From positions 268,481-332,480 of the forward strand of contig JBKBHS010000003.1 of assembly GCA_046299555.1 (NCBI GenBank): a stretch of DNA of 64,000 nt, written 5' to 3'. Position 1 is the first letter of the stretch. Every line of letters starts with the position of its first letter. Made by a program: the position numbers and the translations under genes. The stretch comes from Bacteroidia bacterium. Its GTDB lineage: Bacteria > Bacteroidota > Bacteroidia > JACCXN01. Below the pieces are notes generated by a model that ran no database searches, was not told the origin of the DNA, and was given only the letters and a program-made list of their open reading frames with translations. Below are positions 18,673-31,632 of this stretch, piece after piece.

Positions 18673-21600
18673 TTACGACAATGTAAATCTTAAACTAATA
18701 CCTCCGCTGGTATTAGAAGAAGGGAAGGAATTAGAGATTTTTGGACGCATTAAATTTTTATCGAAAAATATTCGAACATTTAATCGTTGATTAATTACAT
18801 AATCAGCAGCTGTTTTAAGGGCAATCATTTTTTGTCCTGCCGTTGGCTGTACTAAATTGTCGGCAACACCACGGGTTATGGTTACGTTATCTCTAATCGA
18901 AATATCTGCTCTTAAATTCAAATCGCTTTTAATGGTTTTTGCTGTTGGTCCAACTTTAAAGGGCAATACTACATCTTTAAAGCGATAACCTGTACCTATT
19001 ACCCATTCGAACCCGCGAGTTTCGTTTAAACGATTATCTGTAAAATTATAAACAAGGTTGCGGTCTTTTTTATATTCTACTTTGGTAATTAAACTATTAT
19101 TCCATGTCATATCTATATTGGCTAAAGGGCTAAATTGCTCGGTTAATGAAAGCTGTGCAAATTGATATTGTGAAATAAAATTGCCGTTTATATCCAATGC
19201 ATTTGGATTTCCATTAATATCTTCTCTGTAAAATAAATTGGTTGTGTAAGATGAAATATTTAGGGATGAACGATAAGCGTGACTTAAAGTAACGGTTTTA
19301 AAATATTTTTTAAAGAATTCGATTTTGGAAAGGCCATCGTAAGTTATTCGCCAGTTAGGTAAAGGAATAGCCGGCATAGCAGAATATAAACCTGATGAGA
19401 GTGGCCTGCCGGAATAAGCGGCTAAAAATGCCGGAACTAGTACTTCTTGCGAAGTTGGTCCATATCCATTGTAATAGATACTGGTATCAATACTTGAATT
19501 TGGATTAGCCTGTCCTAAAATTTCTGAAACTTTTTGTCTGTTATCTAAAAATTGGTTGAAAATTTTAGATGTATTTCCGGTGTCTCTAACAAATGCAGAC
19601 CTGATTATAATAAACGAAATGCTATAGTTACCCATAGTCATGGGTGTTTCAGATACAAAGTCTTGTATGCTGTCGTTCCAACGGAAAAATTCCGAATTAT
19701 TGGTTGACTTGTTTTTACTGGCATTCAACTCAATTTTTAAGCTCTTGGCTGGTTCAATATTTGCTCTGGCATTAAGTGTTTGGCTATATGTTCGGGCAAA
19801 AGGCACATTCAGATTTTGATTTTGAACCAACCAACCATTTTGAGCTGCTGTTCGAGCAATATTTTCATCTTGAACTCCAAAAACAAAACCTGTGGTTGGT
19901 GCTCTAAAGCCATCGGTAAATCCTAAAAATTTAGTTGAATCGCCAAAGCCCGGCAAAATAGTACCTTCATTTTCGGTATAGTTAATTGATGCATTTTTTA
20001 CCATCATTAATACGCGAAACACTTGCTCGAATAGAGTAATTTTATTAGGATCTTTTTCTTTTTCTTCTTTTTTAGGCTTCTTTTTGTTTAAAGTATCTGC
20101 CGGATTTTTAGGAGGCGTTGGCTGTGTAGGCTTTTTAGGAGCCACTTTTTTACCGGATGCTTTTTGATTAATATCTTTTAAAAATGGTACTTTGTTGTAT
20201 AAAGTTACCAAATTAGCTTGAGCATTTACTTGTTTGGAATTAGAATTCTTAATAGTATTACCTAAAGAGTCGTTGGCAAAAGGAGCCCTTGTCCAGTCGT
20301 AAGTTGCAGAGTAGCGTGTATTAACGGTAACCCAATCTAAAATTGGAATTTTATTGATCGGCACATTATAATTTACATTAACAGCATGATTATAATTGGT
20401 GTTTACTCCACCTGTTTTAATATTATTTATCAACGAATCTTTTTTCTCTTGGGTATCAATTCTTCCATCGGGTTCAAATATTCGGGAATTGTTGGTTGCT
20501 GTAAAATCAACTTTCAATGATTTGGTAATATCATATCGCACCTCATACAAACGTGTTATTACAAAATTTTTATTAAATGTTGGATCAACAATAAAGAAAT
20601 CGCCACTATTGTTTCTAAATAAAATCTCATTAAAGTTTTTATCAACCGAGGTAGTAAATGCTAATCGGTTTGGTCCAAGCCCAATATTAAAATCAGAAAT
20701 TAGTTTGAGATATTTTCGTTTTTCTAATCCTTTTACTTTTTTAAATGGTTCAAAGGATTTTGGTTGTGGATTAAAATTATAATTTAAAATACCCCTGTAG
20801 GCGCGTAAAGTATTGTGTTGTGTATTTATGTCACGCTTAAATGTTTCATTATATGAATAAGAAATTGCCCAATTTTCGATATCGTAAATTCTGGATTTAC
20901 CGGCATTTTTACCTTTTTCTTTTTTTACATTGGTAAAGTTAATGCTTCTGCGTTTAGTATAATCTTGCACGAGTTTTTTAAGGGAGTCGCGTTTACCGGC
21001 ATCACCGGCAAAAGAAGCTAATTGATCTTTTAATTCGATATCCGGATCATTAGGATTAAATTGAGGATCGATAAAAGTTTCGGAAACGGAATAAAACATT
21101 GGTAAACGAATATTGGCATTGGGAGGAAGTAATTTTCCTAACTCAAAATTGGATGATAAATCATACTGGTAGTTATGTGAACGTTGGCGTTCGCTAATTT
21201 TTTTCTCAATGGTTCCCCATCCTGGTGTACTCATATTTCCAGACAGGGTAACTGTTCCAAAATCGGCTAATTTGGTTGTTGCTCTCGCTGTAGAAGCCCA
21301 ACCGCTGCGCTTATCAAAATCGGTTAATCGCAATTCGTTTACCCAAACTTCAGCACACTTTGGTAAGCCATCATCAGAATCTAATGCGTTTTGTTTTTTA
21401 GGGTTTCTAACACCAATCATTACAGTAACCACGTTTTGTATATTAGGATTACCCATAATGGTAATTTTAGCTCTACCATCTGATGTTGGAACAGTAAATG
21501 GACGTGTTAGAGATGCTGTTCCGTTTTCAATAGCGGCATTTCGTAATAGCTTAGCTCTTTTTAATTCTTCAAAAACGATATCAACATTATTTGCTTCGGG

Positions 21601-24600
21601 CCATACTTTTTCTCTGTCTATTTCCGAATCGTTATTATATTTTCCCGGAGCTGTAAGTTTTAAAGGCAATTCGTATTCGTAGTAATTATCTACAAAATCT
21701 CGACCTAAACGAACAAACACATTTATATCATCATCTTTTAAAGGATTTTCTCCAACTTGTTCGGCATGCACATACATTTTTAAATTTTTGTAGGATAACA
21801 TGTCCAGATTAATATTTTTATAAGCAGCACGGGCATCACCATCTTCTAAACCGCATACATTTAATTTCATGGCTTGTTCGTTAAGTCTGCGCAGGTTAGC
21901 AGTTCCAATATCAATCTGACGGTCAATTTTAGGTGGTATTACATAATTTACAGGAACTTTTTCGCCATTTTCTTCAAAGTTTACGGCAGCTACGTCAAAT
22001 AAGGTAAAACGGTCGTCTGTTAATTGATATTCGCCTGTTGCCAATAAATCGTAAGGATATTTACGCCAATCGCTTCGAACAAATTCTAATCTGGCAAATC
22101 GAAGCACAACAGAATCTTTAAAACCTTTTAAAAACATTCGAATAAAGCGAATGGTAGTAAAATCTTCTATTCCTCCTATTATTTCATCCGGTTGAGAAAT
22201 GGGTATTCTAACTTGATACCAATCTACATCAATGGTATTTCCGTTTTTAAGTGTTCCTGTTCCTCTTGTTTTATCGACAATAAAATTTTGCCCTACTACC
22301 ATATCTTGCGGACGAATACTCATTTTATATTGATAGTAATTTTCATCAATTCCTAAGGTATTATCACGATTTATATCTTCAACGTTTGGCAATGTGGTTG
22401 CGGCTGTTGGATAAGGTTCAGGAGAATTTTCTGTAGTTGGTGAATTTCCTTCTAATCCATTAAATTTTTTGTAACGTTGAAGAATGCTTAGTTGTTGTTG
22501 GTCAAAATCGCTTCCTCTAAAGTAATGGAAATTATCGTTTGAAGGATCTTTTAATGCCTCTTGGTATGCTATGCTGTTTACTCCGTAAAGTTGACGAATT
22601 CTATCTAAATAGGTAGAGTCGAAAAACTGAATTTCTTTTAATGAATCTAATCCATCTAATCCAATATCTTGATTAGGACGTGCAGCCGGATTATTATCAA
22701 AAGCATTTACTAATGTGAGTAAAGTTGAAACCCTTCCCCAAGCTGTATATTCGGTATTATCATCGCTTCCATCGGGTGAAATTCCATTTTCAAAAGCCAT
22801 ACGATTATCGCGTAATATATCTTCTGAAATATTTCCTAAATTAAAATATAAGTCGCCTCCGGAATGTTTATAATTACCCGGTTCATCAATACCATTATCG
22901 GGATGAAATGGATCCATTAACCAAAACTGTATATACTCAATGTTAGATGTTTGAAAATCGGGTTGATCGATACGCCTCATAATTCCTGCCCATCTTGATT
23001 CAGGATTTTTAAGTCGCCCGGCTGAATCAATACCGGCCGAAATAAAATTTGGTTCAACATCGTAGTTATATGGTCCTTTTTCGGTAGGATAATACGCTAA
23101 ATCTAAAACCGGCATATTTAAGACTTGTCCGGTTTGTGGAACACGATTAGGGAAAATTTCGGTTTCTAAAACTTCGCGTGTATAGTGATTGGATTGTTGG
23201 GGTGAATTTTTAATATGATCAGGTGTTAAATTGTTGTTTCTAAAAAATAGCGGGTCGATGGTGTACCATGCAAGTTTGGCTCTGTTGTAACCATAGCGTA
23301 AATCGTTCACTAAATTTCCTTCGGGGAATAAGCCAGGTTGTTTTTGAGGTACACTTGCCAAGGTCCATGCATTTTGCATACGTATATCAATGGTAGTTTG
23401 GCTGCCTTCAAAATCATCAATATAGGCTGTACCAGTTCTACCAATAGCTCTTGAATTTCCGGGAAGTAATTGTGCAAATTCTCCATTTACTGTTAAAGTT
23501 GATTTTTCTTTTGTTTGAATAAAAGGTAATTTATCAACCAATTTTGTTAAATAAGGCACTTCTGTTTTCCAATTTCCATCTAAGCCCCATACGCTGTTCG
23601 ACATGGGTTCGTCACCCATATTTACTTTTTGTGTAAGTGGACGCTCGGTTAAATTCATAAAAGTTGCTCCAAAGCTTAAATCTTTATTTACCCGATAATC
23701 TAAATGAGTACCAAATAATGATTTTTGCTGAATAGCAAACATCGCATTACTTTCGAGCGAAACTTTTATAGGAGTGTTAGATTGTAAATAAGCCGGATTT
23801 ATAATTTTTACACGTCCTAAAGTATAATCAACTGTATAATCTGTGTTTTCGACAAGAGGAGCACCACCCGCAGTAACTACAACTGACCCTGGAGGAATAT
23901 TCATGGCATTAAGTGAAATTTCGGAATTATTGCTGGATTGATAGGTCCCTTTAATTTTAAAACGATTTAAGTCTGCTCGCTGTTGTGCTGCTATTTTTGT
24001 AGTATCATATAGAGGATCGAATACGTATTTATTGGCAATTATTTCTTTATTAATGTCTCCTCCCGTTATCTTTTTTCTAAGATGATCACCGAATGGTTCA
24101 ACCACCGGAAAATATATTCTACCATTTTGTGGATTAATGGTTTTTCCTTCTAAGAAATCGAAAAATCCGTCAGGCCTTGCATCTGTTTGCATATTTAGCC
24201 TGTCTACATTTAAAACCTGCAATAAGGGAATACCTTTAATATCGCCTTCGGGAATAAAGTTGATATCAATTCCTTGATCTAAACTATTATATGTAACTTG
24301 TAATCTGAAATTTTCTTTTCCGATATTAAATGCACCAAGCGAATACACATTTTTCATCATTAAATTCCACAATGGTATTCGAGTATTTACATTACTTGAT
24401 TTCAGTAATTTTAGGATTAGCGCTTTATCGCCCGTTACCCCATCGGTTGAAAACTCTCCTACTTGATATACTTCTGACGAACCGGCAATGGTATATTGAA
24501 AAGCAACTGCTAAAACTTGATCGGCATTTAAGGTTTGATTTAGTGATATAAATCCTAATTGCGGATTAAAGGTATATTCTGATGGTTGTAACATTCTTGC

Positions 24601-25944
24601 GCCTCGAATTAAATCAAAATCGCGAGCAAACTGTAATTGTGTGTTTTGACTTAAATAGGTATTTGCATTAAAGAAATTACGAATACTGTCGTTTGATTTA
24701 ACTTTGTCGTATAATGTATTAACTTGATTGTTGGGAAGTGAACCTATACCCGTAGTTACGAAACCACTTTGATCAAAGTAGTTTCGTTCACCCAAATCCA
24801 TAAAAGCCACTATGTTTCGCGTATTTTGAACTGCTTGTGTGTTTACGTTTGTAATCCAAACTTCTATACGAGTTATATTAACCGTTGAGTTAATAATAGG
24901 TAATGAAGACATGGCATTATCATACGTATCGCGAAAATATTGGGCTAAGAAAAAGTGTTTATTGGCTTCGTAGTTATCGGCAGAAATTTCGAATTTGCTT
25001 GTTTGTGTACCTCCTGAAATTTCTATTTCTTGTTTTTTACCGCGTTGTTGCGAAAACACACTGGTTACCCATAATCTGCCAAATTGCATTTGAGTTTTTA
25101 TACCAAACAAACTCTGGCTACCTGTAATTAATGAACCGGTAAGCGGTAAGTTTACATTTCCAGCTTCAATTTTTTTAATTATTTCATCTTCATAACCAGT
25201 ATATTCGAGCTTCATTTGATTTTCAAAATCAAAGGTTGCTTCGGTATTGTAATTGGTAGATATTTTTAATTTTTCACCAATATTTCCAACAACATTCAAC
25301 TGAATTTTCTGATTAAAATCAAATGCTGTTTGTCTTCTTTGTCGCTCAGGAATAGCAGGATTTTCAAGTTTATTAGACTGTATGGCAAATATTAATTCAG
25401 CTGTTCCTTGCGGACGAATATCAATGGTATTTCCACCAAATATTCTATCAAAGGTTTCTCCGCCAACATATATTTTAGGAACTAAACTCTTCTTTTTATT
25501 AAAATTTTCGGCTTCTTGTCTTTTCTTCCAATTATCGCGTAAGCGTTTTTCCATGTCATAACGCAGATATTCTTCAAAGGTCATGTAAACCGGATTGCGA
25601 TAATTCAAATCTCCAATTTTTTGGTAATAATTATAATTACCGGTTGAAGGGTCGTATTCGAAAGTACTGGTTATGTTTTTAGGGTCATTTAAATACAAGG
25701 GGCTTTTATGTTCGGTATCGAAAGGATCCCAACTATTATCTTTAAAATCGTAAGGCAATTTTACTTTCTTGGAAGTATCATCAGGTGCAATTATTATTTG
25801 TTCATTAGCATTCTGATTTTTGTCAGATTTTTCTGAGTAAATGTTATATTCAAATGCAGGTAATTCGGCATTGAGCGAAAACACCCAAAAAAAGAAACCG
25901 ATAATTGTTGCAACAATGAATATATGTTTTGGAAAGAATCTCAC
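18673..25944 (-). CDS. sprA: T9SS outer-membrane translocon SprA (Sov-like), 2423 aa
   Basis: Size matches Flavobacterium SprA (about 2400 aa). Has a signal peptide, very long beta-rich sequence, a Lys/Pro-rich low-complexity insert ([12 protein letters not shown]), and C-terminal ...[10 protein letters not shown]. ruvA lies immediately upstream. Confidence 0.85.
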   Translation of the reverse strand: MRFFPKHIFIVATIIGFFFWVFSLNAELPAFEYNIYSEKSDKNQNANEQIIIAPDDTSKKVKLPYDFKDNSWDPFDTEHKSPLYLNDPKNITSTFEYDPSTGNYNYYQKIGDLNYRNPVYMTFEEYLRYDMEKRLRDNWKKRQEAENFNKKKSLVPKIYVGGETFDRIFGGNTIDIRPQGTAELIFAIQSNKLENPAIPERQRRQTAFDFNQKIQLNVVGNIGEKLKISTNYNTEATFDFENQMKLEYTGYEDEIIKKIEAGNVNLPLTGSLITGSQSLFGIKTQMQFGRLWVTSVFSQQRGKKQEIEISGGTQTSKFEISADNYEANKHFFLAQYFRDTYDNAMSSLPIINSTVNITRIEVWITNVNTQAVQNTRNIVAFMDLGERNYFDQSGFVTTGIGSLPNNQVNTLYDKVKSNDSIRNFFNANTYLSQNTQLQFARDFDLIRGARMLQPSEYTFNPQLGFISLNQTLNADQVLAVAFQYTIAGSSEVYQVGEFSTDGVTGDKALILKLLKSSNVNTRIPLWNLMMKNVYSLGAFNIGKENFRLQVTYNSLDQGIDINFIPEGDIKGIPLLQVLNVDRLNMQTDARPDGFFDFLEGKTINPQNGRIYFPVVEPFGDHLRKKITGGDINKEIIANKYVFDPLYDTTKIAAQQRADLNRFKIKGTYQSSNNSEISLNAMNIPPGSVVVTAGGAPLVENTDYTVDYTLGRVKIINPAYLQSNTPIKVSLESNAMFAIQQKSLFGTHLDYRVNKDLSFGATFMNLTERPLTQKVNMGDEPMSNSVWGLDGNWKTEVPYLTKLVDKLPFIQTKEKSTLTVNGEFAQLLPGNSRAIGRTGTAYIDDFEGSQTTIDIRMQNAWTLASVPQKQPGLFPEGNLVNDLRYGYNRAKLAWYTIDPLFFRNNNLTPDHIKNSPQQSNHYTREVLETEIFPNRVPQTGQVLNMPVLDLAYYPTEKGPYNYDVEPNFISAGIDSAGRLKNPESRWAGIMRRIDQPDFQTSNIEYIQFWLMDPFHPDNGIDEPGNYKHSGGDLYFNLGNISEDILRDNRMAFENGISPDGSDDNTEYTAWGRVSTLLTLVNAFDNNPAARPNQDIGLDGLDSLKEIQFFDSTYLDRIRQLYGVNSIAYQEALKDPSNDNFHYFRGSDFDQQQLSILQRYKKFNGLEGNSPTTENSPEPYPTAATTLPNVEDINRDNTLGIDENYYQYKMSIRPQDMVVGQNFIVDKTRGTGTLKNGNTIDVDWYQVRIPISQPDEIIGGIEDFTTIRFIRMFLKGFKDSVVLRFARLEFVRSDWRKYPYDLLATGEYQLTDDRFTLFDVAAVNFEENGEKVPVNYVIPPKIDRQIDIGTANLRRLNEQAMKLNVCGLEDGDARAAYKNINLDMLSYKNLKMYVHAEQVGENPLKDDDINVFVRLGRDFVDNYYEYELPLKLTAPGKYNNDSEIDREKVWPEANNVDIVFEELKRAKLLRNAAIENGTASLTRPFTVPTSDGRAKITIMGNPNIQNVVTVMIGVRNPKKQNALDSDDGLPKCAEVWVNELRLTDFDKRSGWASTARATTKLADFGTVTLSGNMSTPGWGTIEKKISERQRSHNYQYDLSSNFELGKLLPPNANIRLPMFYSVSETFIDPQFNPNDPDIELKDQLASFAGDAGKRDSLKKLVQDYTKRRSINFTNVKKEKGKNAGKSRIYDIENWAISYSYNETFKRDINTQHNTLRAYRGILNYNFNPQPKSFEPFKKVKGLEKRKYLKLISDFNIGLGPNRLAFTTSVDKNFNEILFRNNSGDFFIVDPTFNKNFVITRLYEVRYDITKSLKVDFTATNNSRIFEPDGRIDTQEKKDSLINNIKTGGVNTNYNHAVNVNYNVPINKIPILDWVTVNTRYSATYDWTRAPFANDSLGNTIKNSNSKQVNAQANLVTLYNKVPFLKDINQKASGKKVAPKKPTQPTPPKNPADTLNKKKPKKEEKEKDPNKITLFEQVFRVLMMVKNASINYTENEGTILPGFGDSTKFLGFTDGFRAPTTGFVFGVQDENIARTAAQNGWLVQNQNLNVPFARTYSQTLNARANIEPAKSLKIELNASKNKSTNNSEFFRWNDSIQDFVSETPMTMGNYSISFIIIRSAFVRDTGNTSKIFNQFLDNRQKVSEILGQANPNSSIDTSIYYNGYGPTSQEVLVPAFLAAYSGRPLSSGLYSAMPAIPLPNWRITYDGLSKIEFFKKYFKTVTLSHAYRSSLNISSYTTNLFYREDINGNPNALDINGNFISQYQFAQLSLTEQFSPLANIDMTWNNSLITKVEYKKDRNLVYNFTDNRLNETRGFEWVIGTGYRFKDVVLPFKVGPTAKTIKSDLNLRADISIRDNVTITRGVADNLVQPTAGQKMIALKTAADYVINQRLNVRIFFDKNLMRPKISNSFPSSNTSGGISLRFTLS

Positions 25945-25952
25945 AAATCAGA

Positions 25953-26534
25953 CTATAAATTTTTTAATGTCAATTTTATTAATTCTTCAACACTTGAGGT
26001 ATTGTTACTTTTTAAGGTTTTATCAATAGCCTTTTCGGCTGCTTGTTTTTGAAAACCTAATGCAAGCAATGCTGCTAATGCCTCATCTCTTATTGGATTT
26101 AAAAATGGAAGTACATTTTCGGCATGAATAAATTCTTTTGAAATTTTATCTTTTAAATCAACGATAATACGTTGAGCTGATTTTTCCCCAATACCTTTAA
26201 TACTTTTTAATGCAGCTACATTACCTGATGCTATTACTTGTTCCAGTTCTGTAGGAGTTAGCGATGATAAAATCATACGTGCCGTGCTTGCTCCCACACC
26301 TGATACGGAGGTAAGCAATTCAAATAAATGGCGTTCCTGTTTATCGGCAAATCCATACAACAAATGAGCATCTTCTCTAATAATTAACAAAGTATATAAT
26401 TTATACTTTCCTGATACGGGAATTTTAGAAAATGTATTTAATGAAATATGAATTTGATAGCCAATGCCCATACAATCAATAACCACATAAGTGGGTGTTT
26501 TTTCTATTACATTTCCTTCAATTTGTGTAATCAT
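25953..26534 (-). CDS. ruvA: Holliday junction DNA helicase subunit RuvA
   Basis: MITQIEGNVIEKTPTYVVIDCMGIGYQIHISLNTF... (OB domain), two HhH motifs (LLTSVSGVGASTARMIL; IKGIGEKSAQRIIVDL) and the C-terminal domain III. Confidence 0.9.
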   Translation of the reverse strand: MITQIEGNVIEKTPTYVVIDCMGIGYQIHISLNTFSKIPVSGKYKLYTLLIIREDAHLLYGFADKQERHLFELLTSVSGVGASTARMILSSLTPTELEQVIASGNVAALKSIKGIGEKSAQRIIVDLKDKISKEFIHAENVLPFLNPIRDEALAALLALGFQKQAAEKAIDKTLKSNNTSSVEELIKLTLKNL

Positions 26535-26559
26535 ATTTTATTCAATGTTTAAACATTGA

Positions 26560-28836
26560 TTATTTTCGGGTTTGTGCATCAACAACAGCTATGGTTACCA
26601 TATTTACAATTTCTCTAACTGAACTGCCTAACTGAAGAATATGAACAGGTTTTTTCATTCCAAGTAATATTGGACCGATAGCCTCATAACCTACTAATTC
26701 TTGAACCAGTTTATAAGCGATATTACCTGCTGATAAATTGGGAAAAATTAGTGTATTTGTTTTTTTTTCAATTAATGGGCTAAATGGAAATTGTTCTCTT
26801 AAAATATCACTGTTTAAAGCAACATTAGCTTGTATTTCGCCATCAACAATTAATTTAGGATAATGCTTATGTAAATAGGCAACTGCATCGCGTACTTTAT
26901 TACTTTCTTCACCTTCGGCCGAACCAAAATTTGAATATGATAGCATGGCAATGTGCGGTTCTATATTCATTCGTTTTACAGATTCAGCCACTAACAAGGT
27001 TATTTCTATTAGTTCTTCGGTGGTAGGATTTATATTTACAGTTGTATCGGCAAAGAATATTGGCCCGGTAGGAGTCATTATAATATACATGCCGGCCACT
27101 TTGTTTATTTTATCTGCTTTTCCTATTACTTGTAATGCAGGACGTATAGCATCCGGATACTTTCTGGTAATTCCTGAAATAAAACAATCTGCTTCGCCTT
27201 GTTCAACCATCATGCAACCAAAATAATTTCTTTCTTGCATTATTTTTCTGGCTTCGTACAAATTGAAGCCTCTGCGTTTTCTTTTTTCAAAAAATAAATC
27301 ACCATATTTTTTTCTTCGTTCTTCTTGTTCTTTTGATCGAGGATCAATTATTTCAACTCCTGATAAATCTAAGCCATGCTCTTCAATTAAATTTTGAATT
27401 TTTTCTTTGTCGCCTAAAAGTATTGGATAAGCTATACCTTCATCGTTTACTATTTGAGCTGCTTTTAAAGTTTTATAATTATCTGCTTCGGCAAATACTA
27501 CCCGTTTTGGGTTTTGTTTGGCCTTATTGGTAATGTTTTTAAGTAGTTTGTTATCACGACCAAGGCGTTTATTTAAATCTTCTATATATTTTTCCCAATT
27601 GGTAATTTTTGCTTTTGCAACACCCGACTTAATGGCTGCTTTGGCAACTGCCGGTGCTACTACACTTATTAATCGAGGATCGAGTGGTTTAGGAATTATA
27701 TAATCTTTTCCAAAGGTTATGTTTCTTTGTCCATAAGCTAAATTGACTATTTCAGGAACCGGCTCTTTTGCAAGGGCAGCTAAGGCATGTACGGCCGCCA
27801 ATTTCATTTCTTCATTAATGCAAGTAGCTCTAACATCTAATGCGCCTCTAAATATATACGGAAATCCAAGTACATTATTTACTTGATTTGGATAATCGGA
27901 ACGTCCGGTAGCCATTATTACATCTTTGCGCGCTTCCATAGCATCGTTATAGGGTATTTCCGGATCGGGATTGGCTAAAGCAAACACAATTGGATTTTTA
28001 GCCATAGATTTTATCATTTCTTTGGAAACAATATTGCCTTTAGATAAGCCTAAAAACACATCGGCTCCTTTCATGGCTTCTTCTAATGTAAGGCTTTTCT
28101 TAACCGAAGAGGCAAAATATTTTTTTTGTTCATCCAGATCGGTTCTAGATTTGGTAATAAGCCCTTTACTGTCAAACATTAAAATATTTTCGCGCTTAAC
28201 TCCAAGAGCAAGATAAAGCTTTGCACAAGAAATAGCAGAGGCACCTGCACCATTTACTACTACTTTTACTTTTTCAATTTTCTTATTTGCCAATTCTAAT
28301 GCATTAATAAGCGCAGCCCCTGAAATTATTGCCGTACCATGCTGATCATCGTGCATGATTGGAATGTTAAGTTCTTCTTTTAGCCTACGTTCAATTTCGA
28401 AACACTCGGGAGCTTTAATGTCTTCTAAATTAATTCCTCCAAACGTAGGAGAAATAGCTTTAACTGTATTTATAAAACTATCGATATCTTTTGCATCTAC
28501 CTCTATATCAAACACATCTATATCCGCAAAAATTTTAAATAAAAGCCCTTTCCCTTCCATAACCGGTTTTGAAGCTAATGCTCCTATATCGCCTAAGCCC
28601 AACACGGCTGTTCCATTTGAAATTACTGCCACTAAATTTCCTTTGGCAGTATATTTATAGGCATCTTCAGGATTTTTCTCTATTTCTAAACACGGTTCTG
28701 CAACTCCGGGACTGTAGGCCAACGATAAATCGCGTTGCGAATTATAAGGTTTAGTAGGTACAACTTCAATTTTACCCGGACGTCCACATGAGTGATAATC
28801 AAGCGCTTCTTGTTTCTTATTTTTATTTTTAGCCAT
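26560..28836 (-). CDS. maeB: NADP-dependent malic enzyme (malic enzyme plus phosphotransacetylase-like domain)
   Basis: 758 aa. N-terminal malic enzyme motifs (LSLAYSPGVAEPC, NGTAVLGLGDIG, VVNGAGASAISC) and a C-terminal PTA-like domain. Confidence 0.9.
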   Translation of the reverse strand: MAKNKNKKQEALDYHSCGRPGKIEVVPTKPYNSQRDLSLAYSPGVAEPCLEIEKNPEDAYKYTAKGNLVAVISNGTAVLGLGDIGALASKPVMEGKGLLFKIFADIDVFDIEVDAKDIDSFINTVKAISPTFGGINLEDIKAPECFEIERRLKEELNIPIMHDDQHGTAIISGAALINALELANKKIEKVKVVVNGAGASAISCAKLYLALGVKRENILMFDSKGLITKSRTDLDEQKKYFASSVKKSLTLEEAMKGADVFLGLSKGNIVSKEMIKSMAKNPIVFALANPDPEIPYNDAMEARKDVIMATGRSDYPNQVNNVLGFPYIFRGALDVRATCINEEMKLAAVHALAALAKEPVPEIVNLAYGQRNITFGKDYIIPKPLDPRLISVVAPAVAKAAIKSGVAKAKITNWEKYIEDLNKRLGRDNKLLKNITNKAKQNPKRVVFAEADNYKTLKAAQIVNDEGIAYPILLGDKEKIQNLIEEHGLDLSGVEIIDPRSKEQEERRKKYGDLFFEKRKRRGFNLYEARKIMQERNYFGCMMVEQGEADCFISGITRKYPDAIRPALQVIGKADKINKVAGMYIIMTPTGPIFFADTTVNINPTTEELIEITLLVAESVKRMNIEPHIAMLSYSNFGSAEGEESNKVRDAVAYLHKHYPKLIVDGEIQANVALNSDILREQFPFSPLIEKKTNTLIFPNLSAGNIAYKLVQELVGYEAIGPILLGMKKPVHILQLGSSVREIVNMVTIAVVDAQTRK

Positions 28837-28974
28837 TTTTTATTTTAAATTTTAAGGAGGGTAAATGTAGTAAAAATCCCATTGCTTTTAATTCCTTTTT
28901 AACATCCTTAAAAATGGACATTTTTGCATAACGTTAAAAAATGTAAATTATTATTTTTACGATTATTTTTACTT

Positions 28975-29673
28975 ATGAAAAAAATAGTTGTATTTACCGG
29001 TGCGGGCATTAGTGCCGAAAGTGGAATTAAAACTTTTAGAGATTCGAATGGTTTGTGGGAAGAATATGATATTTCGGAAGTTGCTACGCCTGAAGCATGG
29101 TTTAAAAATCCGGCTTTAGTTTTGGATTTTTATAATAAAAGGCGAAAACAAGTAATGGAAGCTCAACCCAATGCCGCTCATTTAGCCTTGGTGAAATTGG
29201 AGAAATATTTTGACGTTCAAATTATTACACAAAACATTGATGATTTGCACGAACGAGCAGGATCCAAAAATGTGCTTCATTTACATGGCGAAATAATGAA
29301 AGCAAGAAGTACTGCAAGCGACAAATTAATTTATCCTGTTAAAAATGGGGTTATTTCCATGGGCGAAAAATGTGAAAAAGGCTTTCAACTCAGACCTCAT
29401 GTGGTTTGGTTTGGCGAAGAAGTTCCCAATATGGAAATTGCTTATGAAATTGCCTCAAAAGCAGATATTTTTATAACTATTGGTACTTCATTATCTGTTT
29501 ATCCGGCAGCAGGATTAATTCATTTTACACCCCAAAACTGTAAGATTTATTTAATAGATCCGAACGCTAAAAACATCGACACTCTTAAAAATCTGGAAAT
29601 AATAAATGAAAAAGCAGGAACCGGAGTTCCTGCTTTGGTTGAACGATTAATTTCTTCAAAAAAACTACTTTAA
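28975..29673 (+). CDS. cobB: NAD-dependent protein deacylase, Sir2 family
   Basis: MKKIVVFTGAGISAESGIKTFRDSNGLWEEYD..., the QNIDDLHERAG motif, and zinc-binding cysteines. The start was moved to the internal Met. Confidence 0.85.
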   Translation: MKKIVVFTGAGISAESGIKTFRDSNGLWEEYDISEVATPEAWFKNPALVLDFYNKRRKQVMEAQPNAAHLALVKLEKYFDVQIITQNIDDLHERAGSKNVLHLHGEIMKARSTASDKLIYPVKNGVISMGEKCEKGFQLRPHVVWFGEEVPNMEIAYEIASKADIFITIGTSLSVYPAAGLIHFTPQNCKIYLIDPNAKNIDTLKNLEIINEKAGTGVPALVERLISSKKLL

Positions 29674-30840
29674 GGCTTTAATTTTCTTGAGTAGTTCTTC
29701 AGTTTCTGCAGCATCTACACCTTCTTCTTTTGCTTTTTTAATAGCTAACTCGGCTTGTTTTTGTGCTTCTTTATTATTACCCAGTTTATATAAAACAGCT
29801 GCATAAGTGTCAATATTAGCATATTTATTTTCTAGCCCAACAGATTTCTTTGACCATTCTGCAGCTTTTTCCAACATTTTTTTATCGCTTACTTTTTGAT
29901 AAAAATTCCATGCAAATTGGTTTAATTCGTTTGGATCTTCAACACCAAACTTTTCAATATAATTAATAGCCTTTTGAGGATAATTTGTCAAATCTTCTTT
30001 ATTATATAAATACCTGCATTCTAAGCGGGCGTAAGCTTTTTCTGACTGAGAGAAATTTAACGATTTTAATATTTTCATATTTGACGAATATGATATATCG
30101 TCTTTTTTACGAATTGCTATTTTTATTTTTTGAACATATGCTTCGGTAATTTTTTCATTCACCTTATCGCCATATAAATCAAAAAACTTAGAATATTTTT
30201 CTGCTACTAATTTGAATGATTTTGATTCGCTATTCCAGATATGCTCATAGAATATTTCCCAGTTATCTTTTTCGTATAAGGCATCCTCCTTTAATGAATT
30301 CAGATACTCTTCTGCTACTTTTTCTGCATTCATACAAACCTTATCAAGAGCCTCAATATACTTTATCATAAATGAAGAAGAACGCTCTCCGCTACTAAAT
30401 TTTTGCTGCAAAGCACCAAAGCGCTTTTCTGTATCAAAACTTTCATTTCCCCATGCAATAAAAGGCTCTGCTTGTAATGCTCCACAAATGCGATGAATCA
30501 TTTCGCCATCGCTATTTAGTATAAGCAAGGTAGGATAAGCCTGTACTTGATATTTTTGAGCCAGCTTTACGCCCTCTCCTTTTTCCATATCAATTTTGGC
30601 GTTAATAAATTTTGTATTATAAAATTCAGCCACACCATTTTGTGTAAACACATTTGCTGCCATCCATTTGCAAGGGCCACACCAAGATGCATAGGCATCT
30701 AGAAAAATGGGCTTTTTTTCTTTTTTAGCTTTTGCAATAATTTCATCCCATGTTCCTTGTTCAAATTGTATGGAAGTGGTTTGAGCGTTAATAGCAAATA
30801 CCATTAAAATAAATGCGAAAGACAAAATGATTTTTTTCAT
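29665..30840 (-). CDS. Secreted thioredoxin-fold protein (WCGPC) with a C-terminal helical/TPR-like extension
   Basis: Signal peptide, FLDAYASWCGPCKWMAANVF thioredoxin active site, and a long alpha-helical C-terminal region. Confidence 0.6.
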   Translation of the reverse strand: MKKIILSFAFILMVFAINAQTTSIQFEQGTWDEIIAKAKKEKKPIFLDAYASWCGPCKWMAANVFTQNGVAEFYNTKFINAKIDMEKGEGVKLAQKYQVQAYPTLLILNSDGEMIHRICGALQAEPFIAWGNESFDTEKRFGALQQKFSSGERSSSFMIKYIEALDKVCMNAEKVAEEYLNSLKEDALYEKDNWEIFYEHIWNSESKSFKLVAEKYSKFFDLYGDKVNEKITEAYVQKIKIAIRKKDDISYSSNMKILKSLNFSQSEKAYARLECRYLYNKEDLTNYPQKAINYIEKFGVEDPNELNQFAWNFYQKVSDKKMLEKAAEWSKKSVGLENKYANIDTYAAVLYKLGNNKEAQKQAELAIKKAKEEGVDAAETEELLKKIKALK

Positions 30841-30861
30841 AACAAAACAATTTTAAATAAT

Positions 30862-30885
30862 AAAAGCCCCAAAAGGGGCTTTTTA
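30862..30885. terminator. Rho-independent terminator hairpin AAAAGCCCCaaaaGGGGCTTTTT (bidirectional)
   Basis: 5-bp GC stem with A/T-run flanks, between two minus-strand genes. Confidence 0.6.
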
Positions 30886-30903
30886 TTGTAGGTTTAATGC
30901 TTT

Positions 30904-31605
30904 TTATTTTTTGATGAGTTTTTTTGTGCTTACAATTTCTTTACCATTATTTAAACTATAGAAATAAACTCCGGATTTTAAATCTGCAATTGATAAGGTA
31001 TAATCAGACTGACCAGCTGTTAAGCTTTCTCTTCTTACCATTTTTCCGGTAATATCGTAAATAATTAAATCAGCATTAGTATCAAAATTGTATTTTATAC
31101 GAATGATATCATTAGAGGGATTAGGATATAACTGAAAATTATTTTTTGTATCAATCGAAGCTATACCTGTCGGATTAATATTAAAAATTGCAGTGAGTTG
31201 AACACTGTCATTTGCATTATTTATATCAAAAAAAGTATATTTAATTATGGCTGTTCCGCTTTGTCCGTTGGGTACTAAATCGCCATAAAATGCATCAGAA
31301 TAACTTCCGGCATTGATAGTAATAAAATCAGGATCTATATCAACTACCGGACTATGACAAATGCTCCAACAAAAATAATCGGTAGAAGTGCCTCCTAAAG
31401 TATTTACTCTATATCGCTTTACGCTTACATTTTTCGTAACAGCAGAAATATTGTTTACTCTAACAACAGCTTGTATATATGGGTCATCTGAATTACCGGT
31501 AACTACCACTGTGTCTGACGATAGGCTCAACGATTGAGCAAAAACGGCAACATTTAAAAGTAAAAATAGTGATAGAAAAAGGTGTAGTTTTTTATTCATA
31601 AACAT
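30904..31605 (-). CDS. T9SS type-A C-terminal sorting domain protein, function unknown (233 aa)
   Basis: Signal peptide plus C-terminal about 80 aa (QLYPNPSNDIIRIKYN...SGVYFYSL...) typical of the type-A CTD. Confidence 0.6.
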   Translation of the reverse strand: MFMNKKLHLFLSLFLLLNVAVFAQSLSLSSDTVVVTGNSDDPYIQAVVRVNNISAVTKNVSVKRYRVNTLGGTSTDYFCWSICHSPVVDIDPDFITINAGSYSDAFYGDLVPNGQSGTAIIKYTFFDINNANDSVQLTAIFNINPTGIASIDTKNNFQLYPNPSNDIIRIKYNFDTNADLIIYDITGKMVRRESLTAGQSDYTLSIADLKSGVYFYSLNNGKEIVSTKKLIKK

Positions 31606-31632
31606 AAAGTTTAAACAAATTTAAGGATTTTT

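Noticed and set aside
20396-21682. Plus-strand ORFs (128 aa and 157 aa) inside sprA
   Set aside because: They are antisense to a long, well-supported gene and have no motifs. They are typical shadow ORFs. The same applies to 24330-25127, 26945-28754, 54614-57022, 60828-61830 and the other short antisense ORFs in the track.
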